Assembly (NCBI GenBank): GCA_039801885.1
Contig: JBDRVN010000016.1
Coordinates: 1 to 30,438 of the forward strand
DNA length: 30,438 nucleotides
Source of the DNA: a candidate division WOR-3 bacterium
GTDB lineage: Bacteria; Hydrothermota; Tepidihabitantia; Tepidihabitantales; DTDR01
Direction: 5' to 3'
Shown: in pieces, positions 9,386-17,099 of the stretch
Position numbering within the stretch: the first letter of the stretch is position 1
Layout: each line of letters opens with the position of its first letter
Program-made: the position numbers and the translations under genes
The notes under the pieces: model-generated
What the model saw: the letters and a program-made list of their open reading frames with translations, nothing else
What the model was told of the DNA's origin: nothing
Databases searched by the model: none

Positions 9386-10285
9386 CTATCTTTCTAAAAC
9401 TTTATCAACTACTTTTATCAATTCCTCTACTATATTTTTATCTAATTGAGTAATAGCAATTTCTTTTTCCAAATCTTCCTTAAATTTATTTAACTTTTTT
9501 ATCTCTCCTTTTCTTTTTAAAGAATGATATTTTCTCAATATATTAAAATAACCACTCATATCAAGTATTTTTATCCCTTTATTAAAAAGAACTTTCTTTG
9601 CCTCACCTTCAATATTTAGCCACTCCTCCATATATCTTTGATAACCCTCAACCATCTTCTTTATCTTCCTATCAGTTATCGGCTTAACACATCTCTTTCT
9701 TTTTAATTCCCTTTTAAACCATTTTTTAACAATCTTCATAACTTCTGATAAAAAATTAGGAGAAAATGTCTTTAAACCATCTTTATCCGCCTTTTTCATT
9801 AATTTTTCAATAACCTTTTCATTTTCTTTCCCTTCATAAATTCTTAATAAGGAGCGGAAAAACTCTTCACCAAAATTAATATACTTTTCAATCAAATCAT
9901 TAGAAAGATTAAAAGGTAATAAATAATTTCTTATCTTTGCTGCCAGATATTTTGGGAAGCTAATAAATGTTCTTCGCGGATATTTTATTCCTACTAAATA
10001 TCGCTTAGCATCTTTCTCATATTTCTCTTTCTTCTCCTTTTTCCTTAAAATCTTATTCATCTCCCAATCCTCAATCTCTTTAAAAAATTCTGAATAAGAT
10101 ATTTGCAATCCTCTCAAATAATTCAAAATCACCACCAATGAAGGCTCTTTAATCTCACCCCTTTCTAACTTTGAAATATAAGAACCTGTCTTTTTACAGA
10201 ACTTAGTAATATCCTTTATCTTATATCCCCTTAACCTTCTTAAATTTCTTAACAACCTTCCAACAAATTTAGAAAACATAACCAA
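9386..10285 (-). CDS. XRE-family HTH protein with two tandem C-terminal helical domains (possible SIRV2 capsid-like fold)
   Basis: LLRNLRRLRGY.IKDI...SYISKLERGEIKEPSL..ILNYL..L.ISYSEFF is an HTH_3/XRE pattern; very basic. Start is TTG 10285 or ATG 10279. The C-terminal domain call is inference (see findings). Confidence 0.8.
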   Translation of the reverse strand: MVMFSKFVGRLLRNLRRLRGYKIKDITKFCKKTGSYISKLERGEIKEPSLVVILNYLRGLQISYSEFFKEIEDWEMNKILRKKEKKEKYEKDAKRYLVGIKYPRRTFISFPKYLAAKIRNYLLPFNLSNDLIEKYINFGEEFFRSLLRIYEGKENEKVIEKLMKKADKDGLKTFSPNFLSEVMKIVKKWFKRELKRKRCVKPITDRKIKKMVEGYQRYMEEWLNIEGEAKKVLFNKGIKILDMSGYFNILRKYHSLKRKGEIKKLNKFKEDLEKEIAITQLDKNIVEELIKVVDKVLER

Positions 10286-10296
10286 CGAAAAAATAA

Positions 10297-10325
10297 ATGA
10301 TAGAATAATAAAGATAAAAAGTCAA
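10297..10325 (-). promoter_or_regulatory. Putative sigma70 promoter of the HTH gene
   Basis: Minus strand TTGACT(10325-10320)-17 nt-TATCAT(10302-10297). Confidence 0.55.
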
Positions 10326-10386
10326 ATAAAAAGTATTCTAAACTAAATCAATTAAATTCTTAAAATATGAAAATTTTTGACTATTT

Positions 10387-10543
10387 TATAACTCCTTATT
10401 TTTCAATAACTTACCTCACTTTCCCAGTTTCCTGTATGGAAACTTTTTATTTGGCAGAAATTTTATATAAGTATTTGAAATTTATAGGCTTAAATCAAAT
10501 TACCACTTCGGATAGGGGGCTATATACTATACCACCTTGGATA
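10387..10543 (+). repeat. Dispersed 157-bp modular repeat, copy 1
   Basis: Gapless match to the reverse complement of 29995-30151, with identical blocks AGTTTCCTGTATGGAAACT (10426-10444), TAAGTATTTGA (10468-10478) and GATAGGGGGCTATATACTATACCACCTTGGATA (10511-10543). Confidence 0.9.
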
Positions 10544-10758
10544 CCGCTTAGAAGCCATTTTTATATTTAATTTTGTATTTATTCTTGCCTTTTATTTCTT
10601 AGTAAGTTTTGAATAATTATTTAAAAATTTTATCTTTTACATTATATAATTTATTTCGTTAATTAATTTTAAAAGTTATATTATAGAGAATAAACAATTT
10701 TATCCCGAATTTTATTCAAATTATTTTTAATATATTTATTAGAAGCCCTTTCGGTAGT

Positions 10759-10786
10759 TTGACAGAAGATAAATTTTTATTATAAT
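10759..10786 (+). promoter_or_regulatory. Sigma70 promoter of the rnf operon
   Basis: Consensus TTGACA(10759-10764)-16 nt-TATAAT(10781-10786), 12 nt before the ATG at 10799; no SD. Confidence 0.7.
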
Positions 10787-10798
10787 AATATTCTTAAA

Positions 10799-12157
10799 AT
10801 GTTTAATTTTTTAGCAAAAAATCGGATTAAAAAGTTTTCATTTCCTGGTGGAGTGCATCCGGAAGAAAATAAACATTTTACTGAGAATTGTCCTATAGAG
10901 AAATTGCCTTTGCCAAAAATTGTCTATATACCTTTATCCCAACATACCGGTAAACCAGCAAAACCTCTTTTGAATATTGGTGATAAAGTTAAAACTGGAC
11001 AACTTATTGGTGAAGCCGATGGCAGGATTTCGGCAAATATCCATTCTTCTATATCAGGAACAGTAAAAGATTTAAAGGAATTACCCCATCCCCTAACTTT
11101 CTCCAGAGTTTTGACTTATATTATTGAAAGTGATGGCGAAGATATTTGGGATGAAGATATTAAAAAAGATTTTGAAGAGAAAGATTTTAGTAGTGATGAG
11201 ATTATTGAGAAAGTTCATAAAGCAGGAATTGTTGGACTTGGTGGTGCTGCTTTTCCGACAGCAGTAAAATTATCGCCACCAAAAGATAAAGTTATTGACA
11301 CACTTATTATTAATGGCTGCGAATGTGAGCCCTATTTAACTAATGATTATCGCTTAATGGTTGAAAAACCAAAAGAAATAATTTTGGGTGCCTTACTTAT
11401 AAAAAGGGCATTAGAGAAGAATAATAAGAATATCAGATTAATCTTTGGTATTGAAGATAATAAAGAGAAGGCAATAGAGATTTTTAATTCTTATAAGAAG
11501 GATTATAATTTTGAAGTTTCTACTTTAAAAACAAAATATCCGCAAGGAGCAGAAAAGCAGTTGATAAAAGCAATATTGAAAAGAGAAGTGCCAAGTGGCG
11601 GACTTCCTTTTGACGTTGGCGTTGTCGTCCAAAATGTCGGCACTGCTTATGCTTGTTACGAATCCTGTTATTTTGATAAGCCATTATTTGAAAGGGTGAT
11701 TACTGTTTCCGGAAGTGGAATCAAAGAAAAAAAGAATTTACTTGTCCGGATTGGCACACCAATAAAAGATATTGTTGAATATTGTGGTGGTTATATTAGC
11801 GAAATAAAGAAGATAATTTTTGGTGGTCCAATAATGGGAATTGCCATCTATTCCGAAGATATGCCTGTTGTCAAGGGAACTACGGGAATTCTTTTCTTTA
11901 ATGATAAGGATGTTATTTTAGAAAAAGAAAAAGCTTGTATTCGTTGTGGTCGCTGTGTTGAAGCCTGTCCAATGGGACTTTTGCCTTGTGAATTACATAA
12001 ATTTATCCAAAGAAGAGAGCTTGAAAGAGCAAAAGAATATTCTCTTTTAGATTGTATTGAATGTGGTTCTTGTGCCTTTGCCTGTCCGGCAAGAATAAAA
12101 CTTGTTCAATCTTTTAAATTTGGCAAACAAGAGATTATAAAAAAGGAAAGAAAATGA
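10799..12157 (+). CDS. rnfC: Rnf complex subunit C
   Basis: FPGGVHP, PLSQHTG, AGIVGLGGAAFPT, INGCECEPYL, KYPQGAEKQL, two CxxCxxCxxxCP motifs. Confidence 0.95.
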   Translation: MFNFLAKNRIKKFSFPGGVHPEENKHFTENCPIEKLPLPKIVYIPLSQHTGKPAKPLLNIGDKVKTGQLIGEADGRISANIHSSISGTVKDLKELPHPLTFSRVLTYIIESDGEDIWDEDIKKDFEEKDFSSDEIIEKVHKAGIVGLGGAAFPTAVKLSPPKDKVIDTLIINGCECEPYLTNDYRLMVEKPKEIILGALLIKRALEKNNKNIRLIFGIEDNKEKAIEIFNSYKKDYNFEVSTLKTKYPQGAEKQLIKAILKREVPSGGLPFDVGVVVQNVGTAYACYESCYFDKPLFERVITVSGSGIKEKKNLLVRIGTPIKDIVEYCGGYISEIKKIIFGGPIMGIAIYSEDMPVVKGTTGILFFNDKDVILEKEKACIRCGRCVEACPMGLLPCELHKFIQRRELERAKEYSLLDCIECGSCAFACPARIKLVQSFKFGKQEIIKKERK

Positions 12158-13155
12158 ATGGAAAATTTATTGTTTCGGTTTCTCCCCACATAAGAAATGA
12201 TGTTACAGTCGATAAGATAATGTGGAGTGTTGTTTGGGCATTAATTCCGGCAGCAATTGGTGCTGGTTATTTCTTTGGAATAAAGGCAATATTTTTAATT
12301 CTTCTTTCAGTAATTAGCGCTTTAATATCTGAATATATTTGTAATATTATTTTTAAAAGGGAAGTTTCCATATTTGATGGCAGTGCGGTAATTACCAGTA
12401 TTCTTTTGGCTTTCAATCTACCACCAAATGTTCCTTTCTTTATTCCGATAGTTGGTTCTTTCTTTGCGATTGTTGTTGTTAAGCAACTTTTTGGTGGTTT
12501 GGGATATAATTTCTTAAATCCGGCATTGGCGGCAAGAGCCTTTTTGGTTGCCTCTTTTCCCCAAACAATGAGTGCCTCTTATACTGCTCCTTATTATGGA
12601 ACAATAAGTGGTTTTGATGCGATAACCCAAGCAACTCCATTAACTGCTATCAGAAATACGAAAATAATGGGCACACCACAGGATTTAGAAATTTTATTAA
12701 ATAAAGCCACCAGTTGGGAAAGTCTAAAAAATCTATTTATTGGTAATGTTGGTGGTTGTTTGGGCGAAACTTCTGCCTTATTATTATTAATTGGTGCTAT
12801 CTATCTTTTAATAAAAGGATATATTGATTATCGGATTCCTTTAAGTTATCTATTAACCTGCTTTATCTTATCCCTTTTTATTCTGCCAATAAAAAGGTTT
12901 CCCAATTATCATATTTTCCAAATTATCTCTGGTGGACTTATTCTTGGTGCCTTTTTTATGGCAACTGACTATGTTACTTCACCAATCACAAAAAAGGGAA
13001 GAATAATTTTTGGTATTGGTTGTGGTATTTTAACAATGTTAATCAGACATTTTGGTGGTTATCCCGAAGGTGTCTCTTTTTCTATTTTATTAATGAATGT
13101 GGCAACACCACTAATTGAAAGATATACAAAACCAAGGGTTTTTGGCAAGAGGTAG
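12154..13155 (+). CDS. rnfD: Rnf complex subunit D
   Basis: SPHI, KQLFGGLG.NFLNPA, FMN-attachment DAITQATPL, GCLGETS, FFMATDYVTSP, YPEGV. Confidence 0.95.
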   Translation: MNGKFIVSVSPHIRNDVTVDKIMWSVVWALIPAAIGAGYFFGIKAIFLILLSVISALISEYICNIIFKREVSIFDGSAVITSILLAFNLPPNVPFFIPIVGSFFAIVVVKQLFGGLGYNFLNPALAARAFLVASFPQTMSASYTAPYYGTISGFDAITQATPLTAIRNTKIMGTPQDLEILLNKATSWESLKNLFIGNVGGCLGETSALLLLIGAIYLLIKGYIDYRIPLSYLLTCFILSLFILPIKRFPNYHIFQIISGGLILGAFFMATDYVTSPITKKGRIIFGIGCGILTMLIRHFGGYPEGVSFSILLMNVATPLIERYTKPRVFGKR

Positions 13156-13157
13156 TT

Positions 13158-13691
13158 ATGAGGCAGATATTAGTATTAACTTTCGTTTGTGTTGTTAGTG
13201 CTTTACTTTTAAGTTATGTTTATCTCTTTACAATACCAAAAATAAAAGAGCATAAAGAGAAATTTTTTACCTCTGCCCTTTCCGAGATTTTTCCCAATAT
13301 TGGTGGTTATAAAGAGGTCGTTAAGGATAGTTGCTATCAAATTTTATCAGAAGATAAAACAAGGATTATTGGCTTAGTTTTCAGAACTGGTGAGAAAGGT
13401 TATGGTGGAATTATTGAGATGTTCGTTGGTATTGATACCTTAGAAAAAGTTTGTGGCTTAAAGATTGCTTCACCAGCCGAAGGATTAAAAGAGACACCGG
13501 GTTTAGGATTAAAAATTCGGGAAGATAAATTTAAAAGCCAATTTTTGGGAAAGATAAAAGAGCAAATAAAGTTAAAAAAAGAAGGTGGTGAGATTGAAGC
13601 AATCACTGCGGCAACAATATCTTCTAAGGCGGTTTGTGATGGTATTAGAAAAGGGATCGAAAAATATAAAAAATATTTAAGAGAAAAATGA
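13158..13691 (+). CDS. rnfG: Rnf complex subunit G
   Basis: N-terminal TM, KGYGG.I, ETPGLG, FMN-attachment AITAATISS; operon position. Confidence 0.93.
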   Translation: MRQILVLTFVCVVSALLLSYVYLFTIPKIKEHKEKFFTSALSEIFPNIGGYKEVVKDSCYQILSEDKTRIIGLVFRTGEKGYGGIIEMFVGIDTLEKVCGLKIASPAEGLKETPGLGLKIREDKFKSQFLGKIKEQIKLKKEGGEIEAITAATISSKAVCDGIRKGIEKYKKYLREK

Positions 13692-14281
13692 GGTTTAAAT
13701 ATTTTTGGAATGGAATTATTTTAGAAAATCCGGTATTAATCTTAATGATTGGTTTATGTCCTACTTTGGCAACATCTATTTCGGCGCGCGATGCCTTGGG
13801 AATGGGAATTGCCGCTTCTTTTGTCTTAATTTTTTCTAATATTTTTGTCTCGGCAATAAGAAAGATTGTGCCTGACAATATTAGAATACCGGTTTTTATT
13901 ATCATCATCTCAACTTTTGTTACTATTGTTGATTATATCTTACAGGCTTATGAACCGGATATGTATAAAGTCCTTGGTGTTTTTGTGCCATTAATTGTTG
14001 TCAATTGTATTATCTTGGGGAGAGCCGAAGCCTTTGCCTATCGTTATGGAATATTTGATTCTTTTCTTGATGGTTTAGGAAAATCGGTTGGTTTCACTTT
14101 GGTTATCTTCATTATGGGGACAATAAGAGAAATTTTAGCCCAAGGAACATTTTTTGGAGCAAAAATAATGCCTGATATCTATATCAATAACTCCCTTTTA
14201 TTTATGATATTTCCACCTGGCGGATTTTTATTGATTGGAATTTTAAAGGCAATTATAAATAAATTATTTTTAAATAAATAA
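13688..14281 (+). CDS. rnfE: Rnf complex subunit E
   Basis: ENPV....GLCP.LA, RIP.FI.II, PLIVVNCIILGRAEAFA, PPGGF. Confidence 0.95.
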   Translation: MRFKYFWNGIILENPVLILMIGLCPTLATSISARDALGMGIAASFVLIFSNIFVSAIRKIVPDNIRIPVFIIIISTFVTIVDYILQAYEPDMYKVLGVFVPLIVVNCIILGRAEAFAYRYGIFDSFLDGLGKSVGFTLVIFIMGTIREILAQGTFFGAKIMPDIYINNSLLFMIFPPGGFLLIGILKAIINKLFLNK

Positions 14282-14286
14282 AGATT

Positions 14287-14877
14287 ATGAATATCTCACC
14301 AGCAAAAGTATTTTTTGCCAGTTTTTTAGTCCAGAATATTTTATTAATGCGTTATATTGGTCTTTGTCCTTTCTTTGGTGTCTCCACAAGGATTTCTACT
14401 TCTTTTGGTATGGGACTGGCAGTTATTTTTGTAATGCTTTTGGCAACACTTATTACCTATCCAATTTACCACTTTTTCTTGGTACCTTTAAATTTAGAAT
14501 TCTTAAGAACTGCCTCTTTTATTTTAGTAATTGCCAGTTTAGTTCAGTTTGTTGAGATGTTCTTAAAGAAAAGTTATCGTCAATTATACAATGCCTTAGG
14601 AATTTATTTACCATTAATTACTACTAATTGTGCGATTTTAGGAACAACTTTTTTGGTAATTGATTATCGTTTTCATTTATTAAATACAATAATCTTTGCC
14701 TTAGGGACTGGATTAGGTTTTATGTTAGTTATTATTCTCTTTGCCGCAATTAGAGAGAAATTGGATTATGCTCCGATTTCCCATTCCTTTAAAGGTTATC
14801 CCATTGCCTTTATTGCTGCCAGTTTAGTCTCTTTGGCTTTCTTAGGTTTTGCTAACCTTTTTGGTGCTTCCTTATGA
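14287..14877 (+). CDS. rnfA: Rnf complex subunit A
   Basis: GLCPFFGVS, GMGLAV, FILVIASLVQFVE, LGIYLPLITTNCAILG. Confidence 0.95.
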   Translation: MNISPAKVFFASFLVQNILLMRYIGLCPFFGVSTRISTSFGMGLAVIFVMLLATLITYPIYHFFLVPLNLEFLRTASFILVIASLVQFVEMFLKKSYRQLYNALGIYLPLITTNCAILGTTFLVIDYRFHLLNTIIFALGTGLGFMLVIILFAAIREKLDYAPISHSFKGYPIAFIAASLVSLAFLGFANLFGASL

Positions 14878-15875
14878 TTATTATTTCGATTTTACTTTTA
14901 GGTGTTTTAGGAATTTTGATGGCAACAATTTTAACCATCGCCCATAAAAAATTGGCGGTATCTGTAGATGAAAAAGTATCCTTATTAACCAAGGTTTTAC
15001 CAAATGCAAATTGTGGTGCCTGTGGTTATGCCGGTTGTGAGAATTATGCGGAAGCAATTGTCAAAGGAGAAGCCGAACCAAACCGCTGCACCGTTGGCGG
15101 AAAAGAGGTAGCAGAAAAGATTGGTGAAATTTTAGGAATAAAAGTGGAAGCAAAAGAGAAAATGGTTGCAGTATTAACCTGCCAAGGCGGCATTGAAGAA
15201 TGTAAAGAAAGATTTTTTTATGATGGCCATTTAGATTGTAAAGAAGCAAATATTATCCACCAAGGAATGAAAGCCTGTCCTTTTGGCTGTTTAGGATTAG
15301 GAACCTGCGTTAATGTTTGTCCTTTTGATGCAATAAAGATTGATAAAAAGAAAAGATTGCCGGTAATTGATGAAAATAAATGTACCGGTTGTGGTATCTG
15401 TGTAAAAGAATGTCCAAAAGGTGTTTTAAAACTTATTCCCAAAACAAAACTTGTTTATCTTGCTTGTATCTCACCGGATAAAGGAAAAGAAGTAAGGGAA
15501 ATTTGTAAAGTTGGCTGCTTTGCCTGCGGAATATGTGTCAAAGTTTGTCCTTATGATGCCTTAAAAATGGAAAAAAATTTACCGGTTATGGATTTTGAGA
15601 AATGTACTGATTGTGGCATCTGTTATCAAAAATGTCCAACAAAATCTTATGTTGATAAAGTAAAGAAAAGACCTTATGCTTTAATCGATACCACTTGTAA
15701 CGGCTGTGGTGAATGTGTAAAAGTTTGCCAATTTAAAGCAATTGAAGGAAAACCTGGTGAAAGACATAAAGTAATAATTGAGAAATGTGTTGGTTGTGGC
15801 GAATGTTTCCGGGTTTGTCCAGTTAAAGCAATCACAATGGTTGGTGCCTTGGGTTATACCAAAAAAGAAGTATGA
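14874..15875 (+). CDS. rnfB: Rnf complex subunit B, long polyferredoxin form
   Basis: TM anchor, LPNANCGACGYAGC, CPFGCLGLGTC, multiple CxxCxxCxxxC ferredoxin motifs up to the C-terminus. Confidence 0.93.
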   Translation: MIIISILLLGVLGILMATILTIAHKKLAVSVDEKVSLLTKVLPNANCGACGYAGCENYAEAIVKGEAEPNRCTVGGKEVAEKIGEILGIKVEAKEKMVAVLTCQGGIEECKERFFYDGHLDCKEANIIHQGMKACPFGCLGLGTCVNVCPFDAIKIDKKKRLPVIDENKCTGCGICVKECPKGVLKLIPKTKLVYLACISPDKGKEVREICKVGCFACGICVKVCPYDALKMEKNLPVMDFEKCTDCGICYQKCPTKSYVDKVKKRPYALIDTTCNGCGECVKVCQFKAIEGKPGERHKVIIEKCVGCGECFRVCPVKAITMVGALGYTKKEV

Positions 15876-16408
15876 AAAAATGCTTTCTTTGTAATAAGAG
15901 AGCACCTAAAAGATTTTGTCTTTATTATCAAAATAATATCTGCTCCATCTGCTGTGGCGAAAAAAGAAAAAAAGAAATAGCCTGTCCAAAAGATTGTCCT
16001 TATTTAAGAACTGCTCAAACCCATTTAAAAGAAAAACTTGATATTACCTTACTAAATTATGAAGAGGATTTTAATAAAAATTTAAGAAGAGAAATCATCA
16101 ATTTAAAAAATACTCGACTGAGAGATTTAAAAGAAGAAGAAGTTTTAGAAGTTTTAGAAACCTTAATTGAAAAAATAAGATTAGAAACAAAGAATCTAAT
16201 CTATGAACCAAAGATTATTGATATAAGAAAACAACTAATTTACGAAACATTGGAAACTTTGATTAAAAACCATTTAAATGGGAAAGAAGAATACAAAAGA
16301 TATGATAAAGATAACCTCCTTACTCTTCTCAAATTAGAAGAAAGAATTATTAAGGATTTAAGAAATAGGAAAGAAGGTTATTTTAAAACCTTTTCCCTTT
16401 TATCTTAA
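15872..16408 (+). CDS. Hypothetical protein with Cys-rich N-terminal metal-binding domain
   Basis: CFLC...RFC...ICSICCG...CPKDCPY; start overlaps the rnfB stop (ATGA). Confidence 0.7.
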   Translation: MKKCFLCNKRAPKRFCLYYQNNICSICCGEKRKKEIACPKDCPYLRTAQTHLKEKLDITLLNYEEDFNKNLRREIINLKNTRLRDLKEEEVLEVLETLIEKIRLETKNLIYEPKIIDIRKQLIYETLETLIKNHLNGKEEYKRYDKDNLLTLLKLEERIIKDLRNRKEGYFKTFSLLS

Positions 16409-16498
16409 CTATTTTTTCTTATGGCGCATTAACTTCCTTCTTTTCTTATACCAATGTCTTTTTACTTTCTTTAGTTTTCTTTTCCTCCCACAGGGCAT
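16409..16498 (-). CDS. 29-aa basic peptide, bS22/AURKAIP1-COX24 (mS38)-like ribosomal small-subunit protein; missing from ORF track
   Basis: Manual translation MPCGRKRKLKKVKRHWYKKRRKLMRHKKK*; GGGAG SD-like motif at the end of the HU gene. Confidence 0.8.
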   Translation of the reverse strand: MPCGRKRKLKKVKRHWYKKRRKLMRHKKK

Positions 16499-16501
16499 AC
16501 A

Positions 16502-16795
16502 TTAACTCCCTACTTTTAGTGTTTCTTTAAAAATTTTTGATGCACGAAAAATTGGCACCCTTCTTGGCGGTAGGCTTACCGGTTCATTTGTCTTCGGATT
16601 TCGAGCGATCTTCGGTTTTCTTAATTTCGTATTGAATATACCAAAACCACGAAGTTCAATTCGATTCCCATCCGCTAAATTATCGATTATTTTATCTAAA
16701 AACTTTTGGACAATTTCCGCCACATCCTTTCTTGATACTCTCGGTGATATTTCTCTTACAATTTCTTCAACAATTTGTTGTTTTGTTATTGTCAT
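16502..16795 (-). CDS. HU/IHF family histone-like DNA-binding protein
   Basis: TKQQIV, RIELRGFGIF, RKPKIARNPKT.E.V..P.R.VP.FRASK; GAGGAAGGAGG SD upstream. Confidence 0.93.
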   Translation of the reverse strand: MTITKQQIVEEIVREISPRVSRKDVAEIVQKFLDKIIDNLADGNRIELRGFGIFNTKLRKPKIARNPKTNEPVSLPPRRVPIFRASKIFKETLKVGS

Positions 16796-16810
16796 AACCC
16801 CTCCTTCCTC

Positions 16811-17020
16811 TTATTTACAATTTTTACAACTTGTGGCACCGCAACTGCTACATCCTTTACTACCCACATTTTTTTCTAATCCTTGGGTAGCAAAGACGGA
16901 AAATTTTTTTTCTAATTCCTTACTGCCACAAGCTGGGCATTTAACCCCCTCCTCTTTATTTAAAACTAACTCTTCGAACTCTTTTTTACATTTTAAACAA
17001 ATATATTCATATATTGGCAT
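16811..17020 (-). CDS. FmdB family zinc-ribbon protein
   Basis: MPIYEYICLKC...FE...CPACGS..L.K.FS; Cys-rich tail CSSCGATSCKNC. Confidence 0.9.
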   Translation of the reverse strand: MPIYEYICLKCKKEFEELVLNKEEGVKCPACGSKELEKKFSVFATQGLEKNVGSKGCSSCGATSCKNCK

Positions 17021-17025
17021 AAATA

Positions 17026-17094
17026 ATTATAACATAAAAACTTACAAAAGTCAAGTGTTAAAATCTTTGATATTTTATATATATTTTTTATAAT
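17026..17094. promoter_or_regulatory. Back-to-back sigma70 promoters, both apparently leaderless
   Basis: Minus: TTGACT(17054-17049)-17 nt-TATAAT(17031-17026) with an extended -10 TG, 5 nt before ATG 17020. Plus: TTGATA(17067-17072)-16 nt-TATAAT(17089-17094), 5 nt before ATG 17100. Confidence 0.65.
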
Positions 17095-17099
17095 TCTTT

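Noticed and set aside
10499-10520. C(UUCG)G tetraloop suggesting an ncRNA in copy 1
   Set aside because: The flanking stem is weak and the loop is absent from copy 2.
10367-10570. 67-aa ORF across repeat copy 1
   Set aside because: The equivalent frame in copy 2 has a stop (TAA at the codon matching AAA after GTATTTG-AGATT is not kept as coding; spacer substitutions are non-conservative), there is no clear start signal, and conservation follows DNA palindromes and boxes. More likely incidental, though not excluded.
11822-11839. RnfC GGPIMG instead of the usual GGPMMG
   Set aside because: A single conservative substitution; all other motifs are intact.
16632-17093. 153-aa plus-strand ORF
   Set aside because: Antisense shadow of the HU and FmdB genes, crossing their promoter.
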